Notes: a model not told the origin generated them from the letters alone. Positions 8,688 to 18,409 are shown, numbered from the stretch's first letter. The stretch: 64,000 bases of DNA from Nostoc sp. DedSLP01 (GCA_034530875.2 JAVRCJ020000030.1:1-64000), one strand, 5' to 3'. A program made the numbers and translations.

Positions 8688-9461
8688 TCAAAGTTCAACG
8701 CCTTCAAACAGGAGCAAAGACAGAAAAAAGTCCATGATAAAAATTGAGACCCAACTAGTAACCACTGCTTTTGTTGCTGATTCTCCTACTTCCTTTGCTC
8801 CACCTTTAGTAGTTAATCCCCAGCTACAGCCAATCACAGCAACTAACACTCCAAAAATCAACCCTTTGAGCAAAATAATTAATAAATCTGACGGTTCTAA
8901 AAAATTTCTGACTGATTCTAAGAAGACTTCTGGAGTAATTGTGTAAAACTGTAATCCAGCAAAAACTCCGCCAAGAATCCCTGTCACTAAAGCAAAAATC
9001 GTCATCAAAGGCACCATCACACAACAAGCAATTACTCTAGGAAGTACTAGATAATCGATTGGATCGGTTTTAAGCATATAAAGTGCGTCAATTTGCTCTG
9101 TCACTCGCATTGCACCTAATTCGGCTGCAAAAGCAGAACCTACTTGTCCGGCCATAATGCTAGCTGTCAAAATTGGAGCTAATTCTCTACAAAAAGCTAA
9201 TGCAAAAGCACCTCCGACAGCATCGACAGCACCAAATCGTACTAATTCTCTCGCTGTTTGAATAGTAAAAATCATCCCTGCAAACCCGCCTACAAGCAGC
9301 ACTGGAGAGATAGAATCTGGACCTGCCTTGACCATGTGTTGCATAATCTTGCGGTAGTATGTTTTTCCTTGGAGTAAATGCAGCCACACTTGGCCAAAGA
9401 GTAGTAGTGCTGCAAAACACCGTAGAACCCAATATTGTTCAAAATTTGTTTTTGGTTGCAA
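8688..9461 (-). CDS. mlaE: MlaE-family lipid ABC transporter permease
   Basis: RELAPILTA, GSAFAAELGAMRVTEQIDAL, DPIDYLVLPR, GGAKEVG motifs. Confidence 0.92.
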   Translation of the reverse strand: MQPKTNFEQYWVLRCFAALLLFGQVWLHLLQGKTYYRKIMQHMVKAGPDSISPVLLVGGFAGMIFTIQTARELVRFGAVDAVGGAFALAFCRELAPILTASIMAGQVGSAFAAELGAMRVTEQIDALYMLKTDPIDYLVLPRVIACCVMVPLMTIFALVTGILGGVFAGLQFYTITPEVFLESVRNFLEPSDLLIILLKGLIFGVLVAVIGCSWGLTTKGGAKEVGESATKAVVTSWVSIFIMDFFLSLLLFEGVEL

Positions 9462-9517
9462 TGCAAAGTCTTGGAAATTTAATAAGATTTTCCATAATGT
9501 AATGTCAATAATCGTTT

Positions 9518-9826
9518 ATGAACATGATAAGAATTATATTTTTTTTGTTGTTATTAATACTCTCTTTTTCAGTATCGCTTCCGGCTTATGCATCTTTATG
9601 CCGGAATTATAACGATCGCGAGATTTGTATTGTCAGTATTAGCCGAAGCGCCAAGAATTATTGGGAATACAGGGCAGCTGTTAGTGTGGATAAAGTCAAA
9701 ACGCCAATTGAAGTCTACAATTGCCGTCAACGAGTCAAGATTCAACAAAATGGAACTGTCGTGCGTTTTGAGCCAAAAAGCGCTGGTGAAATGATATGCA
9801 GCTTTTTTAATTCTTCTGGGCGCTAA
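9518..9826 (+). CDS. Secreted hypothetical protein (signal peptide, 4 Cys)
   Basis: N-terminal hydrophobic stretch with an AYA cleavage-like site; RSAKNYWEYRA segment. Confidence 0.75.
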   Translation: MNMIRIIFFLLLLILSFSVSLPAYASLCRNYNDREICIVSISRSAKNYWEYRAAVSVDKVKTPIEVYNCRQRVKIQQNGTVVRFEPKSAGEMICSFFNSSGR

Positions 9827-9911
9827 GTACCCGCCAGATAATCAAGACTGTGAAACCTAGATAGGCGAATACAGTTACCCATTCTTGCCAGTTACTCAAT
9901 GTATTGTTCAT
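9807..9911 (-). CDS. Putative 34-aa single-TM small protein (not in the ORF track)
   Basis: Hand translation: MNNTLSNWQEWVTVFAYLGFTVLIIWRVLSAQKN*. Converges on the upstream gene with a 20-nt overlap. Confidence 0.45.
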   Translation of the reverse strand: MNNTLSNWQEWVTVFAYLGFTVLIIWRVLSAQKN

Positions 9912-10140
9912 CAGCGAAAGCCGAAAATAAATATCTCTAAATCCTACACTAGAGTCAAGAATAATTGACGCGCCTACATCTTGGCGCCGGATTCATGCCA
10001 TCGCCTCTGAATATCCCTACATCTTCTTCAACTTGCTAGTTGCTTGTTGTATTTTGCTCATTGCCTGAGCGATTAAAATCACTCTCAAAATTTTTCAGAA
10101 ATTTTCCGGAATTAAGAATACTAGCCCGGTATTACATATC

Positions 10141-10237
10141 AGAGCATCGATAATTATACTGAACTTCTATAACTAACCTCTGGGGAATATAGCCCCATTA
10201 CTTCAAAAGCCTAGTTTTCATAACTAGGCTTTTGATA
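10141..10237 (+). ncRNA. Candidate small RNA
   Basis: No ATG in the segment. GGGG-AATATAG-CCCC hairpin followed by a 14-bp terminator stem. Upstream TCCGGA-N18-GTA and a TATACT box. The 5' end is uncertain. Confidence 0.35.
10203..10235. terminator. Rho-independent (bidirectional-type) terminator hairpin
   Basis: TCAAAAGCCTAGTT-TTCAT-AACTAGGCTTTTGA, a perfect 14-bp stem. Confidence 0.75.
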
Positions 10238-10344
10238 TTTAATACACTGATGCAAAAAACATAGAATAATAGCAATTTTTAATGATGCATATAAATAGCT
10301 CAATAAAAAATTTTCATGCTTGAAAGCATTATCAAAAATCTGCT

Positions 10345-10574
10345 TATAGCAATTACCAAGCACATGAAATACACCCCAACCGCGCTATCGCGCACCCTCC
10401 CCTTGGCAAGGGGAGGGTTGGGGAGGGGTAATTTTGTACCTCACCAGAATTGGAAACGCTATATTTATACCAAAAATTCCGATAATCTTGGCGATACATT
10501 AATTGTAGAAGCGCACAGCTATCTGTGCGCTCTGAACTACTCTATTGCTGGCATTATTTTTTTTAATTGGTATT
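10345..10574. mobile_element. Two adjacent MITE-like elements
   Basis: TATAGC...GCTATA (10345-10463) encloses the palindrome CCCTCCCCTTGGCAAGGGGAGGG. TATACCAA...TTGGTATTA (about 10466-10574) encloses GCGCACAG...CTGTGCGC. Confidence 0.6.
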
Positions 10575-10727
10575 AGTTGGCAAAAAAGTGCGATCGCCAG
10601 TTGAAATTGCTCTCTAAATCAGCTCTTCGTGTTATTTAGTTATAAATTGGTTTGTTAGCATCTGCGGTAGAGTCGCACAGCTAGCTACCTGTGCAACCCT
10701 ACAATATGTTTCAATCCATTAGTAGGC

Positions 10728-11882
10728 TTACTTTGCCTGAATTGGTGTTAAAGCTACACCTTTGTAATAATGTCCCAAAATTTGTAGGTGGTTCACTCCT
10801 TGACGAGCCAAATTGTAAGCCCCCCATTGGCTCATACCTAAACCATGACCGAAGCCAAGTCCTTGGATGACAAAAGTACCATCTGCTGCTTTGGAGACGC
10901 TAAAACGGGTACTTTTTAGTTTGAGTGCTGTCCGCACTTCTTCGCCCTGTAAAACTTTCGTCCCTTTGTTGCCGACAATTTTCAAGACTTTGACACTCCT
11001 AAAAGGTGAGAATGTTTCTGGAATCATCGCCGTCACAGTGCCTAACTCAGGATACTTAGCACTAATTTCACTGGGTGAGAAGCTTTTTACCCAGTTACAT
11101 TCTTTAATATTTTGGTCGTAGTCTTGAACAGCACGTAAGTAAGGTAAATTGTCTCCCCAAACATCTTCTACGTTTTCGGTGTGTCCTCCAGAACAAGCGT
11201 GGAAAACTGAGAGAATAATTTTGTTTTTATAAGTTAGTACTTGCCCTGCTGTTTCATCAACTGCTTTGTAGGTAGAAGGAGATTCGCTAATCACACCTTT
11301 ATAAATTTGCCAGCGATCGGGCGTGTTGCCTAAATCGTAAATGGGATTGTTCCGCTGTTTTTCTCGTTCGTAGAGAGCATAAGTACGGGCTGCGATCGCT
11401 TGTGCTTTCAAAGCTTCTTGAGGCCAACTTGCATCCATTTCGCCACCGAGAACGCTGTAGAGATATTCTTGGTCATCAACCCAGTTAACAGCAGTTAAAC
11501 CTTTGTTTGTAGGGACAACCAGAGTTCTGCCTCGATACCAGCGATCGCCAATGTAAACAAATCCTTTACCTGTTGGCTCAATCCAAAATAAACCAGACTG
11601 CCACTTATCTAAAGCCACTCCTCCAGGAATCGGTTGGGCATAAAATGCACTCATCGCCGGCAACTGTCCTAAAGTCCGGCCAGTGCTATCCTTAACAATC
11701 CCAGTTGTGGAACTGCCGACTTTTACCTGATTAACGTCTCTCTCAATTGCTACGCGTAGAATTACAGCAGCTTGAGCTGGGGCAACCAAAGCTATCCACA
11801 AAAGAACCCCGATCCACCAATGACGTACTTTGATCTGCGAAAATAAAGAGCCTAAGTAAAGTTGGAATTTCATGCTGGTCAT
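10728..11882 (-). CDS. SpoIID/LytB-domain lytic transglycosylase
   Basis: EYLYSVLGGEM, EALKAQAIAARTYA, CSGGHTE, GFGHGLGMSQWGA, ILGHYY. Confidence 0.93.
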   Translation of the reverse strand: MTSMKFQLYLGSLFSQIKVRHWWIGVLLWIALVAPAQAAVILRVAIERDVNQVKVGSSTTGIVKDSTGRTLGQLPAMSAFYAQPIPGGVALDKWQSGLFWIEPTGKGFVYIGDRWYRGRTLVVPTNKGLTAVNWVDDQEYLYSVLGGEMDASWPQEALKAQAIAARTYALYEREKQRNNPIYDLGNTPDRWQIYKGVISESPSTYKAVDETAGQVLTYKNKIILSVFHACSGGHTENVEDVWGDNLPYLRAVQDYDQNIKECNWVKSFSPSEISAKYPELGTVTAMIPETFSPFRSVKVLKIVGNKGTKVLQGEEVRTALKLKSTRFSVSKAADGTFVIQGLGFGHGLGMSQWGAYNLARQGVNHLQILGHYYKGVALTPIQAK

Positions 11883-12018
11883 CTAATCAACACATTAGTA
11901 TCTGTTTGACGCTCTGGATTGTGGCGTCTACTACTTTAAGATGAGACACTTCTCCAACGCCGGAGGTTGCCACCTCCTACTAATTATGCATTTTGGTTCA
12001 GCTATAGGGTAGAAATTG

Positions 12019-12146
12019 GCTATGGGGCAAGCGGGGAGGTGTGGGAGGTGTGGGAGGATCGGGAAGAAATCTTTCCCCCCTCTCTCCCCACACTCCCCAC
12101 ACTTCCCTATCTCCCCATCTCCCCATCTCCCCATTCCCCACCCCCT
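12019..12146. repeat. Composite STRR intergenic repeat
   Basis: GGGGCAAGCGGGGAGGTGTGGGAG...GAAGAAATCTTTCCCCC...(CCCCATCT)n. Confidence 0.9.
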
Positions 12147-12176
12147 TTTCACTTTCGGAAATTTCCTAATTCACTA

Positions 12177-13016
12177 ATGCACATCAAATCAACAGAAATT
12201 AATTTGCTTACTTCATCTCATAAATTACCTTTATATAACAAGAGAATTTTAGTTACAGCACCGAGAAATTATGCTTGTAGGTTATCCGAACAAATTATTA
12301 AAAAAGGTGGGCTACCTGTTTTGATGCCTACCATAGAAACTTGTTATTTATCAAACTATACTCAGTTAGATACAGCTTTGCTCGATATCGAAAAATTTGA
12401 TTCTATTATCTTCACAAGTAGAAATGGAATCACTGCATTTTTCCACCGGATGAATTATTTGGATATTCCTGTATCCGCGCTCAAAAATTGCCAATTGTGT
12501 GCATTGGGAAAAGATGCAGAAAGCTTATTGTCCTTTAGCGGCAAGGTAGATTTAATTCCGGAAGACTCTAGCCCAGTGGGAATTATTGCAGAATTCAAAA
12601 AACTTGCTCAAATTCACGAAAAAAAAGTGCTAGTACCTGCTCCAGAAGTTGTAGGCTTACCGGAACCTGATGTTATACCGAATTTAATTACAGACTTAGA
12701 AAATTTGGGCGTCGAAGTAACTCGCGTACCTACATATATCACCCAGGGGATAGATAAAAATATCTACACTGTTGAATTAAACCTGATTCGTGAAGGAAAT
12801 ATTGATGTAATTGCTTTTACTAGCACGGCAGAAATAGAAAGCTTTTTGAGTATGGTCAACTCCGAGAGTGATTATGCAGATTCAATTATTGCCTGTTTTG
12901 GCCCTTATACAAAAGCTAACGCTCAAAAGTTAGGACTTAACGTTTCTATTGTGTCGAAAAATTATAGTTCTTTTGAGGGATTTGCACAAGCGATCGCCAC
13001 ATTTTTCGCTGTGTGA
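12177..13016 (+). CDS. hemD: Uroporphyrinogen-III synthase
   Basis: KRILVTAPR, IIFTSRNG, IAFTS, ACFGPYT motifs. The longer ORF from 11967 runs through repeat DNA, so the start is placed at ATG 12177. Confidence 0.85.
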   Translation: MHIKSTEINLLTSSHKLPLYNKRILVTAPRNYACRLSEQIIKKGGLPVLMPTIETCYLSNYTQLDTALLDIEKFDSIIFTSRNGITAFFHRMNYLDIPVSALKNCQLCALGKDAESLLSFSGKVDLIPEDSSPVGIIAEFKKLAQIHEKKVLVPAPEVVGLPEPDVIPNLITDLENLGVEVTRVPTYITQGIDKNIYTVELNLIREGNIDVIAFTSTAEIESFLSMVNSESDYADSIIACFGPYTKANAQKLGLNVSIVSKNYSSFEGFAQAIATFFAV

Positions 13017-13163
13017 TTTTTGTGTCTACCTTCTGGTAGATATAAACTAGCCCTGCTAGCGTGCTTTTTGACTTTAGAGTACTCAAAAACAATCAACTCT
13101 AGACTAGCAGCACATAAACTCGTAGTATCAAAAATGGAGTTTATATTAGTTAGGGATTTTTAC

Positions 13164-13463
13164 ATGGCAACTTACAAGGTCACATTAATCACCCCAGATG
13201 GTAAAAAAACAATTGATGTTGATGAAGATGACTACATCCTAGAGATTGCTAACGAGGACAACGGGATGGACTTGCCCTATTCCTGTAACGCTGGTTCTTG
13301 CTCTACCTGCGCCGGAAAGCTAGTTTCAGGTGAAGTTGACCAAGACGATCAAAATTTCTTAGACGACGACCAAATAGACGCAGGATGGGTGCTGACCTGC
13401 GTGGCTAAACCACTTTCTGATTGCACCATCGAAACCCATCAGGAAGATGCGCTCAACGCTTAA
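13164..13463 (+). CDS. Plant-type [2Fe-2S] ferredoxin (PetF paralogue)
   Basis: MATYKVTL...[17 protein letters not shown]...VLTCVA...IETHQE, with four Cys ligands. Confidence 0.93.
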   Translation: MATYKVTLITPDGKKTIDVDEDDYILEIANEDNGMDLPYSCNAGSCSTCAGKLVSGEVDQDDQNFLDDDQIDAGWVLTCVAKPLSDCTIETHQEDALNA

Positions 13464-13680
13464 CTAAGAAATCTGGATTTAACAAAGAGCAAGTTTCTAG
13501 GTGGGTTACGGATATTCTCCCTAACCCACCTAAAATCTCAAGTAGTGAGTTATCCTACGCGATAACACAACGCCAGTTGCTACAACTTTGGCAAGCAAAG
13601 CAACGCACTGGCTCCCCTACAAGATTTAAAATTTTGCCCTTTCCTCAAAAATCTGTATAGGCTCAGCAAATTATTAGAGA

Positions 13681-13711
13681 AAAAAGCGCTTCTTTTTTAA
13701 GAGCGCTTTTT
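13681..13711. terminator. Bidirectional terminator-like hairpin
   Basis: AAAAAGCGCT...AGCGCTTTTT. Confidence 0.6.
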
Positions 13712-13890
13712 ATTACGTTTAACGAATTACTCTAAATTAAAATATCCGATTTATTTTACCAGTATATAGTTGTAGTTTTATATACTTAATAAATTTGCAT
13801 AATGGCTGGTTATAAACTAGCTGATTTGATTGAAATTTTAAATTTTTATAGACATAATAAAAGATTTATAACCAACTGCTTACAAAAAAT

Positions 13891-14208
13891 ATGACAATAA
13901 GTTGGATTTATCTGATTGCAGCAATTATTTTTGAAGTTTCTGGCACAACTTGCATGAAATTATCGCAAGGATTTACTAAAATAGCCCCTTCTGTATTAAT
14001 ATTTGTTTGCTATGGACTTTGTTTGACTTTTTTGACTTTGGCTCTCAAAAGAATTGAAGTCAGTGTGGCTTATTCTATTTGGGCAGGATTAGGAACAATC
14101 TTAGTCGCTATGATTGGTATAATTTGGTTTCGTGAATCTGCGACATTGACCAAACTAATATCTATTACGTTAATAATTATTGGTGTAATTGGTATAAATT
14201 CAAACTAA
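13891..14208 (+). CDS. SMR-family (small multidrug resistance) transporter
   Basis: WIYLIAAIIFEV, KLSQGFTK, VAYSIWAGLG; 4 TM, 105 aa. Confidence 0.93.
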   Translation: MTISWIYLIAAIIFEVSGTTCMKLSQGFTKIAPSVLIFVCYGLCLTFLTLALKRIEVSVAYSIWAGLGTILVAMIGIIWFRESATLTKLISITLIIIGVIGINSN

Positions 14209-14338
14209 TAATTCCAAGAAACTAAGAATTAGTGGCTAGGAATTAAAAAATACAGAGACGTTGCATTGCGACGTCTCTACAAGGGTTTTGATATCATGCA
14301 CAATCGTTTTCATGCATGAAATCAGTAACGACAAAAAT

Positions 14339-15157
14339 TCAAACTTGGCTTGTCGCGCGAGTTGGTAAAGTAACCTTTAATCGCTGAAACATTGCTTCCC
14401 GTGCTTGAACGGCAAGACTATCATCTAATGATTCTAGGGTAATTGGTTGTTGATACTTTAACCGCAATGCTGTTTGAATTAGCCAATCAGCTACAAAAGG
14501 ATTTTTAGGTAACAAAGGGCCGTGAGAATAAGTAGCGATCGCATTTTGATAAAATGCTCCCTCTGTCCCATCTTCACCATTATTACCTAAACCGTAAACT
14601 ACTTTTCCTAAAGCTTCTACTTTCCCCAGTTTGGTACGTCCGCCGTGATTTTCAAAGCCTACTAAATACGGCGTACTACCCGTCATCTTTTGCAAATCTT
14701 CTGCTAAACGTGAAGCTGTAACTTCAATTACTAAGTTACCAATACAGCGCTTAGTATTTTCGCCAGGATGTACAGAAACTAAATCGAGGATTCCCAAACC
14801 TTCAATACGTTGCCCCAAGCCTGGTTCGTAATAATGTCCCAGCAATTGTGGGGAACCGCAGGTAAAAACTCCTGGCGTGCCATTTTCGATTTTCTCGCGC
14901 ATAGCGTCGGCTTTTGCGCCTTGTAAATCGCGCATAACAATTTCTTGCTGGCGGTCTTGTGCGCCACCACCCACTATAACATCTACAGATTTAATATCAT
15001 CGGCTGTAGCGTCTCGATCTAAAGGTAATACTTTAACGCTGTATCCCCGCCACTGAGCGCGACGTTCTATAGTAATGACATTACCGCGATCGCCATAAGT
15101 ACTCATCAGCGTCGGATACAGCCAACCAATTGTTAATTCTAAATTTTGCAAACTCAT
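14339..15157 (-). CDS. gatD: Type 1 glutamine amidotransferase, GatD/CobQ-like
   Basis: LYPTLMSTYGDRGN, GGAQD, CGSPQLLG, GFENHGG, YSHGPLLPKNP. Downstream of murT. Confidence 0.88.
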   Translation of the reverse strand: MSLQNLELTIGWLYPTLMSTYGDRGNVITIERRAQWRGYSVKVLPLDRDATADDIKSVDVIVGGGAQDRQQEIVMRDLQGAKADAMREKIENGTPGVFTCGSPQLLGHYYEPGLGQRIEGLGILDLVSVHPGENTKRCIGNLVIEVTASRLAEDLQKMTGSTPYLVGFENHGGRTKLGKVEALGKVVYGLGNNGEDGTEGAFYQNAIATYSHGPLLPKNPFVADWLIQTALRLKYQQPITLESLDDSLAVQAREAMFQRLKVTLPTRATSQV

Positions 15158-15162
15158 AATTT

Positions 15163-15278
15163 TGGGGAATGGGGAATAGGGAATGGGGAGTAGGGAATGG
15201 GAAATTAGGAATCGGGAAATGGGAAAAAAGTTCTCCTTTGTTTACCCCTATTCCCTACTCCCTATTCCCCACTCCCTA
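15163..15278. repeat. STRR inverted heptamer arrays (GGGAAT(G/A)/TATTCCC)
   Basis: A G-rich heptamer run followed by a complementary C-rich run. Confidence 0.85.
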
Positions 15279-15280
15279 AT

Positions 15281-16618
15281 TTAAAGAATTTTCCTACCAG
15301 TGAGAACTTCTCGCACTTCTAGCATGGCTGAATAAGTGGGGAGAATATGCAGAGTTTCATTCTCTGGTGTATGCTCTAGGGCAGTAGCGATCGCTTCTCG
15401 CAAATCTTCTTTGACAATTAAATTTACTGTACCTTCAGGAGACTTTTGGCTGTAACGCAGGCGTAGTGCCATATCATAGACCCGATCGCCACTGACTACT
15501 AAAGTTCCTCCACGTTCGACTAATTTCTCTGTATCTACGTCCCAAATCCACGATACATCGGTACCGTCAGGAGTGCGATCGTTTAATACTAACAGTGTAG
15601 TTTTATCTCTACTTTTAGTTACCACGCGAATTGTTTCGTTTGTACCCACAGGGTTTTTCGATAACAAAATCCGTACTTTTTTACCATTAATTACTAAATC
15701 TTCAGCACGACCAAAAGCGGCTTGAAAATTGCTAATAGTATTTTTAATTGTTGCTTCATCAACTCCTAATTCTTTAGCCGCTGTTACTGCTGCCAAAGTA
15801 TTGTATTTGTTATATAAACCAACAAGAATTTGGGGCCATTCGCTACTTTCTAGATTCGGTTTACTTTTACTAAAACCACACTTAGGACAAGTAAAATCTC
15901 CCAAATGCGACAAATAAACACCTTTATAATCTAGGGAATGTCCGCATTGGGGACAATAGATAGAATCAACAGCGTGAGGAATTGCTTCGAGATAATTTTC
16001 TGGTTCGTTCAAGCCGAAGAATAACACTCGTTGCGGTAACTGTTGACCCAGGCGAGATAAAGTTGGATCGTCAGCATTAGGAATTACTACGGTTTCTGGT
16101 GGTAGGGTAGAGATTACCTTTGTCCAACGCTTGCTGATTGTGTCTACTTCCCCGTATCTATCGAGTTGGTCGCGGAACAAGTTTAAACAAAGGATGATTT
16201 GCGGCTGGAGTGGAGTTAAGACTTTCGGTACTATATTTTCATCAACTTCCAAGATGGCGTAGTCAACATCTAATGTGCCTACCAAGTTGGTGTCCTCCAG
16301 CAAAGCTGTCATTAAACCATTTTCCAGATTTGCACCTGTAGAATTATGAGCAATGCGGTAGCCTTTGTTTTCTAGTATCGTTTTTAAAAGCAGCGATGTT
16401 GTGGTTTTGCCGTTAGTACCAGCAATTAAAATCACTCCTTTTTTAACTTGCTGACTCAATAATTCTAAAAGTCGCGGTTCAATGCGACGAGCCAGCGAAC
16501 CTGGTAATACACTAGCAGCACCAAGACGCAGCGATCGCACTAAAAATGTGACGCTTTTTGCTGCTGACACTGCGAAACCTAGTCGTACTCTATCTATAAG
16601 TTGTATTTTGTTTCCCAC
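15281..16618 (-). CDS. murT: MurT-like Mur ligase (DUF1727)
   Basis: GTNGKTTT, EVDE, NLFRDQLDRYGE, CPxC...CPxC, LSKNPVG, DGTDVSWIWDVD, TYSAML. Confidence 0.9.
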   Translation of the reverse strand: MGNKIQLIDRVRLGFAVSAAKSVTFLVRSLRLGAASVLPGSLARRIEPRLLELLSQQVKKGVILIAGTNGKTTTSLLLKTILENKGYRIAHNSTGANLENGLMTALLEDTNLVGTLDVDYAILEVDENIVPKVLTPLQPQIILCLNLFRDQLDRYGEVDTISKRWTKVISTLPPETVVIPNADDPTLSRLGQQLPQRVLFFGLNEPENYLEAIPHAVDSIYCPQCGHSLDYKGVYLSHLGDFTCPKCGFSKSKPNLESSEWPQILVGLYNKYNTLAAVTAAKELGVDEATIKNTISNFQAAFGRAEDLVINGKKVRILLSKNPVGTNETIRVVTKSRDKTTLLVLNDRTPDGTDVSWIWDVDTEKLVERGGTLVVSGDRVYDMALRLRYSQKSPEGTVNLIVKEDLREAIATALEHTPENETLHILPTYSAMLEVREVLTGRKIL

Positions 16619-16853
16619 ATCTATACCCTAGTCTTCTGGCGGTTGCTGATTGAAAATTTTTAGTTACAAATTTAATTTTGTGAGTTTAGCGAATCCTAGC
16701 TGAAAATGCCAGCCTCAAAATCAAAATAAAGGAGATAGGGAGGTGGGGAGATAGGGAAATAGGGGGACAAGGAGAAAACTTGCAATCAGCCTTTCTCCTG
16801 GTTCCCCCATCATCTTGCCATCTAATTTTGACTTCTGAATTCTGCGATTGAAA

Positions 16854-16938
16854 CGGAGAGGGGGGGATTCGAACCCCCGTTGGGTTTCCCCAAAACGCAT
16901 TTCGAGTGCGTCACCATGAACCGCTCGGACACCTCTCC
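16854..16938 (-). tRNA. tRNA-Ser (CGA)
   Basis: Reverse complement GGAGAGGTGTCCGAGCGGTTC...ACGCA-CT-CGA-AA-TGCGT...long variable arm...GGTTCGAATCCCCCCCTCTCCG. CCA is not encoded. Confidence 0.97.
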
Positions 16939-17375
16939 AAATTATTTTTCACTGATTTGAGATTTATATCTAGATTCAAATCTGGTGAAATTAGGCAAAT
17001 CTTAGTGAATGCCCTTGACTATTATAGCATTCTGACTCATCAAGCGATCTCAATCACTTCAACAAAAGCGATCGCACCAAGGAATTCATGCTGAAACCAG
17101 CGCTCTCAGGCTTGGCATAACTAGCAAAATACACCCGAAAAAACTTCTTTCTATATCTCAAAACTAACCATGCAATATATTTTACAGCTTGAAATGCAAG
17201 CATCATAGAGGTTGCAATTGTCGCTGGTCATTTCTTTTCATAAAAATCGATCTAATTTCAGAAGAAGAATTTCAACCTGTACGCAAAAAATTAGTACAAA
17301 CAAAAGGGAATCAGGATCTGTCTTTAGATATATCTGATTCCCCTTATAAGAGTGATTATCATTATTGTGGGTATT

Positions 17376-17558
17376 TTAGGTATGCGAAAGCGAGGCACCA
17401 TTAATTGTTCCTATCAAAATATCTTCCTGACATCCAGTATACCTACAATACCACGGTTTATATCCACCTCTTATTGTTTCCATCTCAATTTCCGATAACT
17501 CCTGCCACAGTTCAACATTTTTCGATGTTATAAAGTGTTGCGAATTTTTCTTTTTCAT
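17376..17558 (-). CDS. Double-glycine-leader peptide (bacteriocin/RiPP-type precursor), 60 aa
   Basis: Leader ends ELSEIEMETIRGG; core YKPWYCRYTGCQEDILIGTINGASLSHT. GAGGA RBS 8 nt before ATG 17558. Confidence 0.75.
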   Translation of the reverse strand: MKKKNSQHFITSKNVELWQELSEIEMETIRGGYKPWYCRYTGCQEDILIGTINGASLSHT

Positions 17559-17857
17559 GATGTATGTCCTCATCTAATTTTTTGGTAGTTGAAAATGTGT
17601 CTGCTAACTGCAAAATCGATGATTTTGAGCTTCAGTATGTTTATTATAGAAATTACACATTTACTTCTATACATAATTTTGGTAAATCAATCATATTTGT
17701 AATAAAATTTATTTTGTTGTTACATGGTTTTTCATTCGATATTTAAATTGCCAAAAAATTTTAATTTGTACTATAAGACTTCAAATTAATTGTTATACAC
17801 TGTAGTTCGCAGATCTAAACTATTTAGAAACGATCCTCAAGCCTAAAAATAAGTAAT

Positions 17858-18409
17858 TTAACCAAGATAAGGATATTGTGGCGGTTGAACTTTCAATAAT
17901 TCTTTCCAGTATTTGATAGCATTCTTTTTAGTAGTTTCGATGTCCCGTAACTTGTGAACTTTGCCTATTTCCATCATAAAATATGTAAGTTTTATAGCAG
18001 GAAGTAAGTTGATTAATCCTAAAATCTTGAAATGTTGTAAAAATAAGTGAAGCAGAATTGAAAATTTCTGTTTATGACGAAAATACATCCACCATTTCAT
18101 TTGATGTATAGCGATGCTTCTCTGATAAGTTAATATGTTTTCTATTTGAGTAAATTTATCTTTAACTTGATAATAAAACAGCATTTCCTCATCAAAATTG
18201 CCTGCTTCCTGGGCATTCACAGCATCATCAGATAATTGATAAGCTTGACTAATTAAGTTACCTGCTGTTTTAGCCTGTTGTTGAGTATAACCAAGTTTCA
18301 TATATATGGTAGCTGCTACTGACGCCAATTCTGTAAACTGTTCGGCATCATGTAACCAATATATTTGTGCTTGTAATTCGCCGAGTATTGCTGCTAAACT
18401 CTCATTCAT
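17858..18409 (-). CDS. Hypothetical helical protein
   Basis: 183-aa ORF in AT-rich DNA; no recognised motif. Confidence 0.7.
   Translation of the reverse strand: MNESLAAILGELQAQIYWLHDAEQFTELASVAATIYMKLGYTQQQAKTAGNLISQAYQLSDDAVNAQEAGNFDEEMLFYYQVKDKFTQIENILTYQRSIAIHQMKWWMYFRHKQKFSILLHLFLQHFKILGLINLLPAIKLTYFMMEIGKVHKLRDIETTKKNAIKYWKELLKVQPPQYPYLG

Noticed and set aside
10316..10576. 86-aa ORF
   Set aside because: It is composed of two MITE-like repeats.
11967..12176. N-terminal extension of HemD
   Set aside because: It runs through an intergenic repeat; homology-like sequence starts after ATG 12177.
13020..13163. N-terminal extension or transit-like peptide on the ferredoxin
   Set aside because: The canonical MATYKV start is at 13164; the extension begins at a TTG with no support.
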